A DNA stretch of 63,936 nt, counting the filler, from Octopus bimaculoides (Eukaryota): assembly GCF_001194135.2 (NCBI RefSeq). It is 4 parts of 3 records of this genome, joined end to end, with 100 filler letters (N's around TTAATTAATTAA, not from the genome) between each part and the next. Parts side by side here need not be neighbours in the genome. Positions count along the whole stretch, not along the records: positions 1 to 11,855 come from NC_068983.1; positions 11,956 to 32,599 come from NC_069003.1; 2 more parts are not named here. One strand, 5' to 3'. Under the pieces are notes generated by a model that worked only from the letters and a program-made list of their open reading frames with translations, ran no database searches and was not told the DNA's origin. This document shows positions 1-12,659 of this stretch, in pieces (within the stretch, counting starts at the first letter, position 1; every line of letters begins with the position of its first letter). The translations under genes were made by a program, and so were the position numbers.

Positions 1-125
1 CATGAAATAACTTGCGATGTACGTTTTTTTGTTAAGAAGATTAAGAGGAAAAGATGTTTTATATGACACATTCTACCAGTGTCCCAAGTTTCAAAGTGTT
101 TCGTTAAGAAAATACTGGTGCCCCC
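1..125. mobile_element. Partial arm of MITE family 1 (same family as 598-1058)
   Basis: Reverse complement matches about 620-740 (acacattctaccagt...caaagtgtttcgttaagaaaa). Cut off on the right by a SINE. Confidence 0.6.
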
Positions 126-151
126 GTTTTGAACAAGATCCCATATACATA

Positions 152-294
152 TATACGACAGGCTTCTTTCAGTTTCCGTCTACCAAATCCACTCACAAGG
201 CTTTGGTCGGCCTATAGTAGGAGACACTTGCCAAGGTGCCACGCAGTGGGAATGAACCCGGAACCATGTGGTTGGTCACACAGCCACTCTTGCG
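152..294 (-). mobile_element. SINE family B, 5' half
   Basis: Reverse complement of the gtggctgtgtg...accacatggttccgggttca...tttggtagacggaaactgaaagaagcc motif, which recurs more than 10 times in the window. Confidence 0.85.
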
Positions 295-597
295 CGTACC
301 TGTATTTTTTAAAAAACTTTGTTAGTCCTTTTACAGGGTGGCGCACGAAAAGGTAGCCCGGGTTCCGTAGCATAGTGTAAATATAGAAATAAATTTACAC
401 GCGCGAAAAAGCACCCAGCCTTTCGTTTGCAAGTGACTTTGTTTATATTTCGACTGTTGGTATCTGCTATTCAGAAGCTATGTACAATAATACACTCGTT
501 TAATGTTGTCATCCACTTTTAATTGTTGTACACATACATGTGAAATGAATTGGCTTTAACTTGATACTTTTCCTCACCCGTTGGCATGACCTCCTGC

Positions 598-1058
598 GGA
601 TCTTTATGGTTTGACGGCCAACACTTGTTTTCTTAACGAAACACTTTCAAACTTGGGATACTGGTAGAATGTGTCATATAAAACATCTTTTTCTCTTAGC
701 CTTCTTAACAAAAATTACTTTTTAATAAGTTATTTCATGTTAAAGTTGTCGTATTTCTGTAATTTCAACCAATCACTGACGTCTATTCAGCTGAATACAG
801 TTAGTGCTGTTCGGTGTCAAGTGTGTTATTCCCTGTTTAAATATATCATTATTCCCTAGTAAGGGTTTAGGGTTTTAGGGTTAGGGTTCGGGTTTTAGAG
901 TTAGGGCTAGGGTTAGGGTTTTTACATGAAATAACTTCGAATACAAAATTTTTTATCTGGTCTATAACACAAAATATACAAGTATTCGAAGTTTGAAAGT
1001 GTTTCGGTACCAAAAACACTACATAAAAAAATGTTGGCCGTCAAACCATAAGGATCCC
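598..1058. mobile_element. MITE family 1 with long imperfect TIRs and a central TTAGGG-like tract
   Basis: Left end ggatctttatggtttgacggccaaca is inverted relative to right end tgttggccgtcaaaccataaggatccc. Degenerate (TTAGGG)n at 860-920. Confidence 0.75.
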
Positions 1059-2859
1059 TTTCCGCTACTGAGTACGTCATCTAGCAGAAAAGGCTAGATA
1101 CAATCTTACAATCAACTAATGTGGTGAGGATGCGGTGAAAATTTCGTAGCAAACAGTCGACTAGTGTGCCGTCTTAGTTCAGCGGTTACAAACGGTCGAA
1201 ATAATACAATGACACTTGCAAAAGAAATGTTCAGTTCTTTTCTGTGTATGTAAATTTATATCTGTATTTACACTATGCTATGGAAGCCAGGATGCTTTTT
1301 CGGGCGTCACCCTATGTAAGCTGCCCTCTTCAAACTATTTTCAAGGAAAATGATTTAAAGGTTGTTTCCAACATAATTTTCTCTTACACCAGAGATATTT
1401 TACATGTTTATTAGTAGTCCCTATGTTATAAAGCCAATACGTTGCAGAGAGCAAGAGTTATTTTTTAATGACTATTACCAGTTATATATTTTTATACAGC
1501 AGCGTTTTGTGACAAAATTTTAATGGTAACACCTTCAAATTATAAATCCTTAGCATCTGCATTGATTACATTTTAGGAGTTTTCCTAAATCTATTATTAG
1601 TCCCCAAATCTAAACAAACGCAAGCATTTAGGACTAAGTACACATTGGAATGATTGAGAAATGTTTCTTATAACGCTACTAAAGAGAATGGATTCTTTTG
1701 TATACACCAATTCACTGTAAAGATGATAATATCGCAAATTGCTTAGCTACTTTCCTTTTGCATAAAGTGACATTTTTATTGGCAAAAAAGTACGTGTAAT
1801 TGAATCACCTTCTATATCTTTCATGGGATCCTAACGGAACAAAGCTGAAGTCAAAGCTAAATAATACCAATAGACTACCGCTTTTCCACACTCATCATCA
1901 CCAACAGAGATTAATTAATGAAATTAACGATCAAAATAAACAAAAAACCGAAAAATTAAATTACTGTGGTTTCCATCTTGTAAAATATTGCTAAGTCATT
2001 CAATTCTTATTATATTTCCTTGAACTCGTTTCGTAATTGCATTTTCCTTTTATCAAATTTTCACTGCCGGTTGGTGCTTTTAGCCAACAATCGTGTGAGC
2101 TGTAAGAACAATAATAATAAATACATGAATAAATAAATAAAAAATATAACAGTAATACTAAATGAAAAGTAATATAAAGAGAAGAAATCTAAACAATTGT
2201 AATATTTTGCTTATTGTGTATGAGTGCTAGAAACATTTACTTCAAGGTTTTGTTACTGTCACTGTATAGAAATTGTAAACTAAATAAATAAATAGAGAAG
2301 GAGAGAGAGAGGGGGTAGAGAGGATGGATGGAGTAGTTATTTGGAACATGGGTTAAATTGCATCATCCATTTTCAGAAGAAACGAAAAATCTGTTGAGGA
2401 CTATGCTGCTATCTTGTGACAGCTTCTCATACCACCTTTCAGTCATATTGGTATTAAGCTGATGTAGAAAGTTTTCAAGCCAACATAAAGATTTCTGTAT
2501 TTTTCACATCTTAAAGTATAATTTTGATTTGTTAGGATTATTCGGTTTGTTTAGAAAATACTGTAGTTAGGAATGAATGTTTTTCGTGTACTGATTGTTG
2601 AGTAGAAAGTAACTGGAATTGGGAAGAAAATAATTTGCCTGTTCTAATTTGTGATGTGTACACGGCATATGTTGTAGTCTTTATTATATGGGGCTAGTTG
2701 GAACGTGATAAAAAAGGGTTACTTGGAAAATGTTGTAACTCCGTTATAACAAGTACACTATTACATGTAGTAACACGTACTCCAGCATATGTAGCACTTA
2801 AACTATAAAAGAAGTCAGGAAGAGTTTGGCATTTGACTATAGGAGTCGATTTTTTTTTC

Positions 2860-3360
2860 TGCAGAAACTTGAATCTGGTGGCATTACGAGGGTTTTGGCT
2901 GCTCTGTGCAGTCGCCAAACTGGCTACCCCCATATCAAAAGTAAAACGACCGGTCTATGCGGTCAGCATACTCCACTACGACACTGCTCGGATCTTGGGT
3001 GGAGAATGTAAGTGCAAGCAAAGATTGGCTGCATCATTTTAAGAAACACGAGAACACTTCATTGAGGACATTTGAGATTTTGACCCTTTGTCGAACAACC
3101 AGCTTACAATAACTGTAGTGTAATTATTTTCCTGTAAATATATGTGACTGTTTTTTTTTAGAGGATATACGACAGTGCAGAGCCCAAGAAAAATCAAATC
3201 TATAAAAGTGGCCAAAAAAATGGGCACCATAGTTTCAGCAGGGCAAGGACAGCTAGTGATTATTTTTAGTGTAATTAGTGCTACAGGGAATATTTTCCTC
3301 CTATGTTTGTATTTATTTTATTAATGGTGAGCCACCACGTTCTGTCAGTGTGGGACATCT
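2860..3360 (+). pseudogene. Decayed pogo/Fot1-like (CENP-B HTH + DDE_1) transposase relic
   Basis: Broken frames read KDWLHHFKKHENTSLR (from 3020), TTVQSPRKIKSIKVAKKMGTIVSAGQGQLVIIFSVISATGNIF, PPMFVF and NGEPPRSV. These are collinear with pogo-family motifs (DWF..F.KRH..LSLR; TTVQ.P; TSAERG; PPMFIF; NGAPPGS). Confidence 0.65.
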
Positions 3361-3822
3361 CTCAGGGTGAACAAGAGCCAAAAATCATCCACATTTAACG
3401 AACCATTAAACAGATTAGATATAATGAAGTCTTTTTCAGAGTAGTGAACGAAATCTGCGTATAAACATACAAATTTGAACGAAATTTGCATACAAACGTA
3501 CAAACCTAAGACAGAATCTGCAAGGGATTGTAAATTTGTGTACATCTCCAACGATATTACTGACCACATGTCACTTTATTCGCTGTTACCATCGGCGAAA
3601 TCTTTAATATTTAAAAATGATTTATGTTTAAATTATTTCTTTTCATTATTTTTTTTTTTCCAGAGGAAACATTTTTGTATGGGTGAAACTTAAGCGAATT
3701 ATAAACCTTTATACATTACTGGTGTCAACTTTGGAGAGCTTTCACGCTGAAATCAGAAAACACAAAACGAACTAGAAACCATACATTTTAGTTAATTTCA
3801 TAAAAAAAAAAGAATTGACTTA

Positions 3823-3990
3823 GGTGTAGCTGTGTGCAGACGTAGTTGTGTAGTAAGAAGTTTGTTTCCCTACCATATGGTTCCGAGTTCAGACCCACTG
3901 CATAGAACCTTCAGCAGGTGTCTTACTATATAGCCTCGAGTGGGTTTGGTTGACGGATACTGAAAGAAGCCCGTCGTATATATATATATA
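3823..3990 (+). mobile_element. SINE family B, 5' half, diverged
   Basis: gtagctgtgtg...accatatggttccgagttcagacccactgc...gatactgaaagaagcccgtcg followed by (TA)n. Confidence 0.75.
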
Positions 3991-4064
3991 TAATGGACTC
4001 TCTCGTCGTTAGACGACGTATGGGGGTTCGACAATTTCATGCTTAACAAAAACACAGATGATTT

Positions 4065-4290
4065 GTATATAGTGATTAAATGTTTGTATTTACATAAGCT
4101 TACTCACTCCATCAAATCAACATTACCTGTACAGGTGCACCATGTTCCACAAGTCAGATGACAAAACGATCGCAGAGCAACGTGAAATGAAGTGCTTTGC
4201 TCAAAAACACAACGCAACGCCCGGTCTGGGTATCAAACCCACGGTCTTGCAATTGTGAGTACAACACCAAAACCATTAAACCATCCAACT
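4065..4290 (-). mobile_element. tRNA-derived SINE (family D) with a conserved central core
   Basis: gtgaaatgaagtgctttgctcaaaaacacaac is the reverse complement of the core in 28790-29110 (ttgtgttcttgagcaagacactttatttcac). Confidence 0.6.
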
Positions 4291-4331
4291 TCACGCGCAC
4301 ACGCACACACACACAGAAATGTAAAACCCAA

Positions 4332-4388
<57 letters not shown>

Positions 4389-4501
4389 NNNNNNNNNNNN
4401 NNNNNNNNNNNNNNNNNNNNNNNNNNNNNNNNNNNNNNNNNNNNNNNNNNNNNNNNNNNNNNNNNNNNNNNNNNNNNNNNNNNNNNNNNNNNNNNNNNNN
4501 N

Positions 4502-4767
4502 ACTTGTTTATTACTGTTCTTATTCTAACTCATGTTCATTGTCTGGAAATCTTTCGCTACTCATCTGTGACCTCTTCAGCGACACTTTCCACCTTCGTAT
4601 GTGCTCTTCTTCCGCTTATTCCATTCTCACACAGTCACAAGAGAATGGAATAAGGAGAGCAAGAGTACACACGAAGATGGAAAGTATCGCTAAAGAGCTC
4701 ACAGATGTGTGACGAAAGATTTCCGGAAAATAGACAGGAGTTAGAATGAGAACAGTAATAAACGAGT
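4502..4767. repeat. Fold-back inverted repeat: 127-bp arms, 12-nt loop; Penelope-like terminal repeats in inverted orientation
   Basis: 4502-4628 is the reverse complement of 4641-4767, with about 20 mismatches in 127 by manual alignment. Each arm carries a hammerhead-like motif. Confidence 0.85.
4540..4585 (-). ncRNA. Type I hammerhead-like motif (left arm of the fold-back)
   Basis: Minus strand: tgtcg CTGAAGA ggtcacagatgagtagc GAAA gattt C cagaca. Core intact, helix III AGATTT near-palindromic, helices I and II imperfect. Confidence 0.5.
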
Positions 4768-7186
4768 GAAGAACGAATATATAGTGCGTGTGTTTATTTA
4801 ACAAAACAAAAAATACATTTCTTTCAACTGTTTCAATACACGGTATCACATCAGGAATATATATATATGTATTTCGTTTTTGTATTTGGACGAAAATAGA
4901 AAAATGATAGAAATATAATGTGTTGGTATATCTCAGGCAATATGAAATTATTATTAAGGTTATGCTATTACAATGATGATGAAAGAATAACATTTTTAAT
5001 AATTCCGCAATACTTACCTCCCGTGAGTATTAAAGGGAAGTAACTGTGATAATGTATTGAAATATAATTAACCACAGAAATAAATTCATATTAATGAATG
5101 CCTTTATTTAACAGAAATTTATTTTCGAAAGGATTTGTTGAACAGATTCAATAAAGAAAACACTTCTTCCCGGAGGAAGTAAAAAGTTAAAAAACTTGTA
5201 GGATTTAACAGTGTATTATAATAATTCAAACTAATACGTGATGTTAGCAATGTTGGCAGAATTATCAGGATATCAAAAAAAAAAAAACTTCACGGTATTT
5301 ATTCCGACTCTTTTATCTTCTGAGTTTGAATCATGCCGAGCTTAAATTTGCCTTTCAGGAACTCCACCCGTCAAGTACTCGAATCAGTGGTATCGCCTTG
5401 CTCCGTAACCTCAGAATTGCTGGCTTTATTGACTAAATTAAAAACAATTATTACCAAATTTGTAAATTTTATAAGGAGAAAGAAATGCATGCAATGGTAT
5501 AGCATAATATGATATACTCCTGCACGAATTTTATTATTAGAAAATAAGGAAGGCAAATTTTTTATTATCTGTGGAATATAGGTCAATTCTGGTATTTTAC
5601 TGCACAAAACTGAATATAATTCAGATTTAAATGTGGCTATAGTGAATTCAGAAAATTTTTTTGACTAATTTTTGTCATTTCAGATCGGCATTCTAAATTT
5701 TGACTCGTATATCTTTTCTCTGCAATAATGCTTCAATGGACATAAGCCAAGATTTTTTATTCAAGTTATTTCCCTTACAATAGAAAACTGTTAATTCGTA
5801 TTAAAAGCTATGGTAAGTGCCTCCAAAGTAGGTTAGCTTGGTTTTAGCATCGCAAACTTCTGAACCATTCTTTAACTCTACAATATTCTAGTTACTTACA
5901 GTTTTTGTTTACCCTCAAATCAGTTCTTATTAAGCAGATCTATGATCAAGGCGTTCCACCCTCGACCAACCTATCATATTTTCATGTAAAATATTCAGGG
6001 CTGCTACAATTTATAGTGTGTAGAGGTTTCATTGTTGGCTTGTGTAATCGTTGCCTAAAGCTTTTCACGCCCCCTCTTCCACTTGAGAGAGGTGAGATCA
6101 GCGTAGTTAACGCTGGTGCTGGGTCTGGGGGGGGGAGGGAAGTGGATACAGTATGGGCGAGAAGTCGGGATGGGAGGTGGAACTGGGAAAGCCTGGGTTG
6201 GTATAGTACGTGATGGGCCAAATCCGAAAAGCACAACTCACTGTCGAAGAGGTGGAAAAGGCCGAAAGATGAGACAATGTTTGTGAGCCACTGTTTGGCG
6301 TATGGTAGTGAGTAACAGCATCCCAGTTGAGTGGCCTTTCATTGGATGTGGTTTTGGATGTCAGTTCATATGTCAGCAGCGCCACTAACAGTGAGAGCAG
6401 TCTGTGGATCTCACCATATCATCAAAAAGAGCAAATAGTCGTGAGGGTTTTTTCTGAACAGCAACTTATTTATCTTAGCATATCTAAAACTGCATCACAA
6501 GCATGCAGTTTTGATTTTGATGAGGATGTGAATTCATCAGGAGGAGTCTTTAGTGATGGTGAACCCTAGTATTTGTAACGATCTCGAGGGTTCTAGTTGC
6601 ATTTTACTCAATCTTACAGTTGCGGTGTAAGGTGCTGTTGTTGATTTACTGCAGTGAACAAAGTCCGATACCAGATATTTTACTAGTATTATAAACAGTA
6701 TAAGTAACTGACAGTTTGGTGTCATGTTAAAAATACTTTGAGGGTTCCTCTGTTACTAAATGCTGGTTCTTTATTTAAAGCCATTTTATTCATTATATTA
6801 AAAGTCCTGGCGGAAGGATGAGAGTCAAGGTATCGTATTCTATTTCCTCTGTATATTTGATGGTACTTCAGTTGGTTGTTTCCGTCATCAACAAGGCACT
6901 GTTTCTATTTCCACGCTACTTAATTTTCGTTGAGTTTGTTCACCAATCAGAAAATGTTGTTCGGGCACCAAATCACTTCTAAAAAGATAGACCTTCGATG
7001 AAAAGCATTTCAACCGTGATACTTGAGGGATTTTTTTCCACTGCTATTTCTAACCAGTGACTCCTAGAATTTCCAAAACTGGTTCGATGAAAACGTATAA
7101 ATCACCAACGTTTGTTAATACTGTGATGATTACGACGATCAGGTTTTTAGCAGTATTTAACGTATGAAATAATTCATTCCCTATTC

Positions 7187-7220
<34 letters not shown>

Positions 7221-8634
7221 TTTCTAACGCTACTTTATCACGGGTAACTTTATGACGAGAGGAATTAAATCAGTAACGATATATCGGCTCAGTCTTTAAT
7301 GCCGATTTTGCTTTCAGTAGTTAATAATTGCTCCTACCCATGAATAATCTCATACAGTAAGGTGAGCTTGGCCGTTGTCATTCAACTGTCTGCCGCCGAC
7401 ACAGTATATTACTTGTAACGATAAATAAACCTCTCTATGTATTACAATAATCAGCGATCATATATGCAAATATTCATTTATTACTGAATTACAAAATACG
7501 TCTCAAAAATAACTGTAAAACTAGCTGTACCGTTGCAATAGAGTACTGTATGATTGGAGAAACGATTTGGCCGAGTCGACGGAATGCCAAAAAACCTATC
7601 AAAGAGATCGGTAGTTTGTATCTTGTCAATGATGCTATATTTGTTTTGTGGTCATTGCAAACTTTGAACAGGTATGACAAACATCACGGCGTTTTACATT
7701 CACTGAATGACACAAAGAAGATTAATAAGCACTGTCATAGTTGTTGTTGCTGCTGCTGCTACTGTTGTTGTTTAATACCATTTAAGGTCTGATTTAGCAG
7801 ATCTTTTGTCAAAAGCATTTTAGCTGCGAGCATTCTGCCTTTTTATGGCTTATATAGTGTGATTTAAGGGAGATTTGCTTTCGATTACTTGTAAGTTGAC
7901 GAACTTTTCTCCATTGGTTTACAGAGAACCTTGTTGGTTCGTGCACTGATCCAGGTAAGCCACGACGGTCTGTAGAAGAAATAAGATATTGTATAAGTAA
8001 CGGAGGTTTCGTTAACCTTCAGTACTGAATTAATGCAACCATTATCACTTAAAGAAGGATGGATTCTAGTAGGACCACCTATATAAGAATGAACGGTTTT
8101 AATGGTTCCCAATGTCCCGATGGGTTATGGAAGGTACGATTGTAAAGATGAATCTATCAGTGATATTCTTCTTCTTTAGCCATTGTCCTGAGATGCAGGT
8201 CACTTACAAAAATTCTCTACCCTTTCCTTTCCTGAGTCATCCTAGAAGTCCTTTGCCTCTTTGACATTCACCTGTAGGGCTCTGTACAAAGTACTTTTTT
8301 TATCAACCTCTTTTACATTTCCCTTGAAAATTTCATGAAAAGCCTGCCTTGTAATGTTATTTAATGGTTTGTGTAATGAATGTCAAAACCATTCCCGGCT
8401 GCTTCAATTTATCCATTGTTTAGCAAAGAGTTGACGGATTCGTCACCAGCTAACAGTGTTACCAAAGGATTCTTCCTAAGTTATCGTTCGTGAAGATCTG
8501 CACTTTCTTGATTGTAGTTTCAGTAGTGCCTCAGGATTCGCACCTATAAAGTAACACTTCTTTAACGTTCTATGCAGTCCACGTAAATTAAGAGTGATAA
8601 GCAGATAATTAACGTAACTCTACCTATCTATCTG

Positions 8635-9382
8635 TGGAGGCGCAATGGCCCAGTGGTTAGGGCAGCGGTCTCGCGGTCATAGGATCGCGGTTTCGATTCC
8701 CAGACCGGAATGAGTGTTTATTGAGCGAAAACACCTAAAGCTCCACGAGGCTCCGGCAGGGGATGGTGGCGAGCCCTGCTGTACTCTTTCACCACAACTT
8801 ACTCTTACTTCCTGTTTCTGTTGTGCCTAACACCTAAAGCTCCACGAGGCTCCGGCAGGGGATGGTGGCGAGCCCTGCTATACTCTTTCACCACAACTTA
8901 CTCTTACTTCCTGTTTCTGTTGTGCCTGTAATTCAAAGGGTCAGCCTTGTCACACTGTGTCACGCTGAATATCCCCGAGAACTACGTTAAGGGTACACGT
9001 GTCTTTGGAGNNNNNNNNNNGCCCAGTGGTTAGGGCAGCGGTCTCGCGGTCATAGGATCGCGGTTTCGATTCCCAGACCGGAATGAGTGTTTATTGAGCG
9101 AAAACACCTAAAGCTCCACGAGGCTCCGGCAGGGGATGGTGGCGAGCCCTGCTATACTCTTTCACCACAACTTACTCTTACTTCCTGTTTCTGTTGTGCC
9201 TGTAATTCAAAGGGTCAGCCTTGTCACACTGTGTCACGCTGAATATCCCCGAGAACTACGTTAAGGGTACACGTGTCTTTGGAGGGCTCAGCCACTTGCA
9301 CGTTAATTTCACGAGCAGGCTGTTCTGTTGATCGGATCAACTGGAACCCTCGACGTCGTAAGCGACGGAGTGCCAACAACAA
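8635..9382 (+). mobile_element. SINE family A (tRNA-Arg-like head): two near-identical copies across a 10-N gap
   Basis: Head ggaggcgcaatggcccagtggttagggcagcgg...ggtttcgattcc has A/B boxes, and the tail ends gagtgccaacaaca. The first copy has an internal ~100-bp duplication (8731-8928). Confidence 0.9.
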
Positions 9383-10125
9383 ATCTATCTATCTATCTAT
9401 CGACCGGGAACTAGAAAAATTCTCGTGGGTGCCTTCTGCATGAAAAATGTATAAGTCCAGACTAACATTCACAATGTAACCAGTATAAGTTATACCTTCA
9501 ATTAAAAAAAAAAAGTCAATTTTTATCAAGGCCTATTTCTTAGTCTATCTTTCACTCTCCTTATTCGTTTTTCGTTCTGTTCCTCCCGTCTCTTTGTTTG
9601 TTTGTCCTTCTGTGTTCTTCAATCCACTTCAATATACGTTTCTTTCTATTTTATATATATTCTTCCCCTGCCCCACAAACTCGCAACTGACACACATACA
9701 TATATCCACATTTCTTCTCCCAAACACTAATTCTCCACTTCTGTCTTTTCCATTTCTCTTTTTGTTTGTTTCTTTCATACATATTTCTAACATCGTTACA
9801 ATCTCATTCGCCCATTCATTCCAGCGCATTACCGCTTTTTCTTTCTTTTTTTCCTTTTTTTTTCTACCTTTATCTCCCCGTTTTCTCTTACAAATGACAC
9901 TAAATCATTCTCGCAAATTATACGCAATTTCTCTTTCAATCCAATTCTTTCTCCTACGTACACATACCCTTTCTTACCCTCTACAGCACTATCAATTCTG
10001 AATGAAAGCAATTTTCCACTGTTTGTTTAACTACAACGTCTTCAAAAGCAAACAATTTAGTTTTAGAATACACACACACACACACATGCATGTATGTATG
10101 TAGGCATGTTTGTGTGTATGTGTAC

Positions 10126-10170
<45 letters not shown>

Positions 10171-10205
10171 TATATGTATGTATGTGTGTACGTGTGAGTG
10201 CGTAC

Positions 10206-10261
<56 letters not shown>

Positions 10262-11531
10262 ACCCTCCCAGTTGTGCCGTATAAAAGATGATTTAATAAT
10301 AAATCATCTTTTGTACGTTTGTGGTTGAAGACTTTTTTAATCCACACACGCATTCGCATAACCTATTAACAAATCTCCTTTTTCTTTCATTTAATAAATA
10401 AATAAATCAACAACAAATAAACAAGACAGGTTCAACCCACTGAAACTTAAGGAATCATTGTTCAGTACCAAAATGGTGTCCACAACACGAAGTTGTTGCG
10501 GAAAAAGCTATAATTTAATTTACTCGACGGTCGGTTAACCTTTTATCTAGAGTCGTTTTATTATATTAGAAATCAACATTTCAAGTAAACAAAACGATCG
10601 TCAATTATATTGTGCAGCTACCAAATACGATGATGAAGCGAACCTGTACACACTAAATATGCATACCTCTTGATGCCTGTGGTCAGAATTTCGACTGAGG
10701 AGACTGTTATTTATCGAAATGGGTACACTGTTAGCAGTCTAATTTGCTGGGAAAAACGAGTTAAAATAGATATCTATATAATAATCTGCTGGTTCGTTCG
10801 CCTGTTATACATTAGTTAGTTAGAGAGGTGGGGTGGAGTGAGTGAGAGGTGGAGTAAGAGTGAGAGAGAGAAGTGTAGAAAGAAAAGAGGAAGAAGTAAA
10901 GAAAAGTGATTAATGTTAATACGCTAAGAAGTGAAGTACGAGAGAAAAAGACGACGAGATGAAAAGTGGGAGAGAGAAGTTTTAACGACGTGGGGAAGGA
11001 ATACTTACTACGTAGTTAAAAGTTAACCGAAGGGAAAGGTAGATAAGGGGGTAGGGAAGGCAGTTATATTGAGAAGGAGAGGTGGTGGTGGTGTGTTGAT
11101 AGTAAAAAAATTTTTTTTTATAGCGACCACCGCTTAAAGCATGCACATAAATGCAATTATTTATCGTCTGCTAGCTTAAAAAATTGATGTTTGTTTATAA
11201 TGGTTAATTTAGCCTAAACTCTGGATTCGCAAGAAATACGGTTGGAAGCTGCTCGAGAAAGGTTGCACAGATATAGTGCACGGATCAGAGAGGAACAGCG
11301 AGAAAATATAATAAAAAAGAGGAAAAAGACAACATTGACGGAGACGTGAGGAAATGAGTGTAGACGAACGTCAAGGATATTTAAAGAAAGCTAAACTGTG
11401 AATGCTATGAAAATGCAAACCATCCTTTCTTTCTTAAACAGGTTCTCTTAATTTTTACCATTCCGTGGAATTTCCACGGATCCCACTAGTTTGATGATAA
11501 TTCGATAATTTACATATTCAGTCTTAATACG

Positions 11532-11745
11532 TTTCTTATTTCTTTATTGCCCACAAGAGGTTAAACATAGAGGGGACAAACAAGGACAGACAAAGGGATT
11601 AAATCGATTGCGTAACTGGTACTTAATTTATCGACCCCGAAAGAATGAAAGGCAAAGTCGACGTCGGCGGAATTTGAACTCAAAACGTAACGGCAGACGA
11701 AATACCAATTTCTTTATTGCCCACAGGGGGCTAAACACAGAATGG
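11532..11745 (-). mobile_element. SINE family C
   Basis: Reverse complement of ctgagttcaaattccgccgaggtcgactttgcctttcatcctttcggggtcgataaa...tagccccttgtgggcaataaagaaat. Other copies are near 30880-31460, 35250-35350, 36860-36990, 54170-54330 and 56745-57230. Confidence 0.85.
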
Positions 11746-11955
11746 TACAAAACAACTGATTGGGATCAGTAATCCGTATGGTTTACATAAAATATGACTT
11801 TAAAAATTATATAAAATATAAAAAATCGAATGACATTAACAGTACATTAGACAACNNNNNNNNNNNNNNNNNNNNNNNNNNNNNNNNNNNNNNNNNNNNT
11901 TAATTAATTAANNNNNNNNNNNNNNNNNNNNNNNNNNNNNNNNNNNNNNNNNNNN

Positions 11956-12000
<45 letters not shown>

Positions 12001-12659
12001 TGGGGTTGATTTGTTCAACTGAAACCCTTCAAGGCGGTGCTCCAGTGTGGCCACAGTCTAATGACTGAAACAAGTAAAAGATTAAAGATAAAGGGATTTC
12101 TTTTTATTTATACATGTTTTATTTATACATGTTCTTTGAGAAGAAATCTAACTTCAAGCTACTTTTTTACGGATTAATTTTTACACGGTTTTCTAAACCT
12201 GAGAAAAATAGGGTTGTAAATTTTGATTTTGCACCCCTGCCCCGCCCACTCCATCTCTGACCCTGACCAAAAATTAAACGTTGATGATTAGGGGCTTGGC
12301 AAAAGAGCCCAATAAAAAAAGAAGTATGAGACTGAGGTCAAACTGTGCTTCTAAAATCCATCAAAATGGTGCTTCAGTATGGTTGCATCGCAGTGACCGA
12401 AATAAGTAACCGTGAAAAGGATAACTGGAAGAGATTAAAATGATGTGGAATTTAGCTGAAATTTCTAGAAGAAACTTCCAGAATTAGGAGAGAACAGGAA
12501 ATGTTGAATTGAGGCCAGGAAACTGTGAAGAGAAAATGGCGGCCTGTGAATCTGTTGGTTGTTTCTTGTTCTTTTTCACAAGAACAAATATATTGATCTC
12601 CGGTGAAAGAGAAGCGATTACACTGGGTAGCTTTGATTTCCTTCGCTTGCTTGGTCCTT

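Noticed and set aside
5371-5664. Protein-like minus-strand frame of about 97 codons
   Set aside because: Bounded by stops, no ATG start, no clear splice pair and no recognisable homology.
6100-7140. More GC-balanced unique segment with broken reading frames
   Set aside because: It may be an old TE or pseudogene, but I found no motif I could name.
8635-8710. tRNA-like heads of SINEs (also 15243, 28790, 42036)
   Set aside because: No complete cloverleaf; they continue into SINE bodies.
10629-10698. C/D snoRNA-like ATGATGA...CTGA spacing
   Set aside because: No terminal stem and no convincing rRNA-complementary guide.
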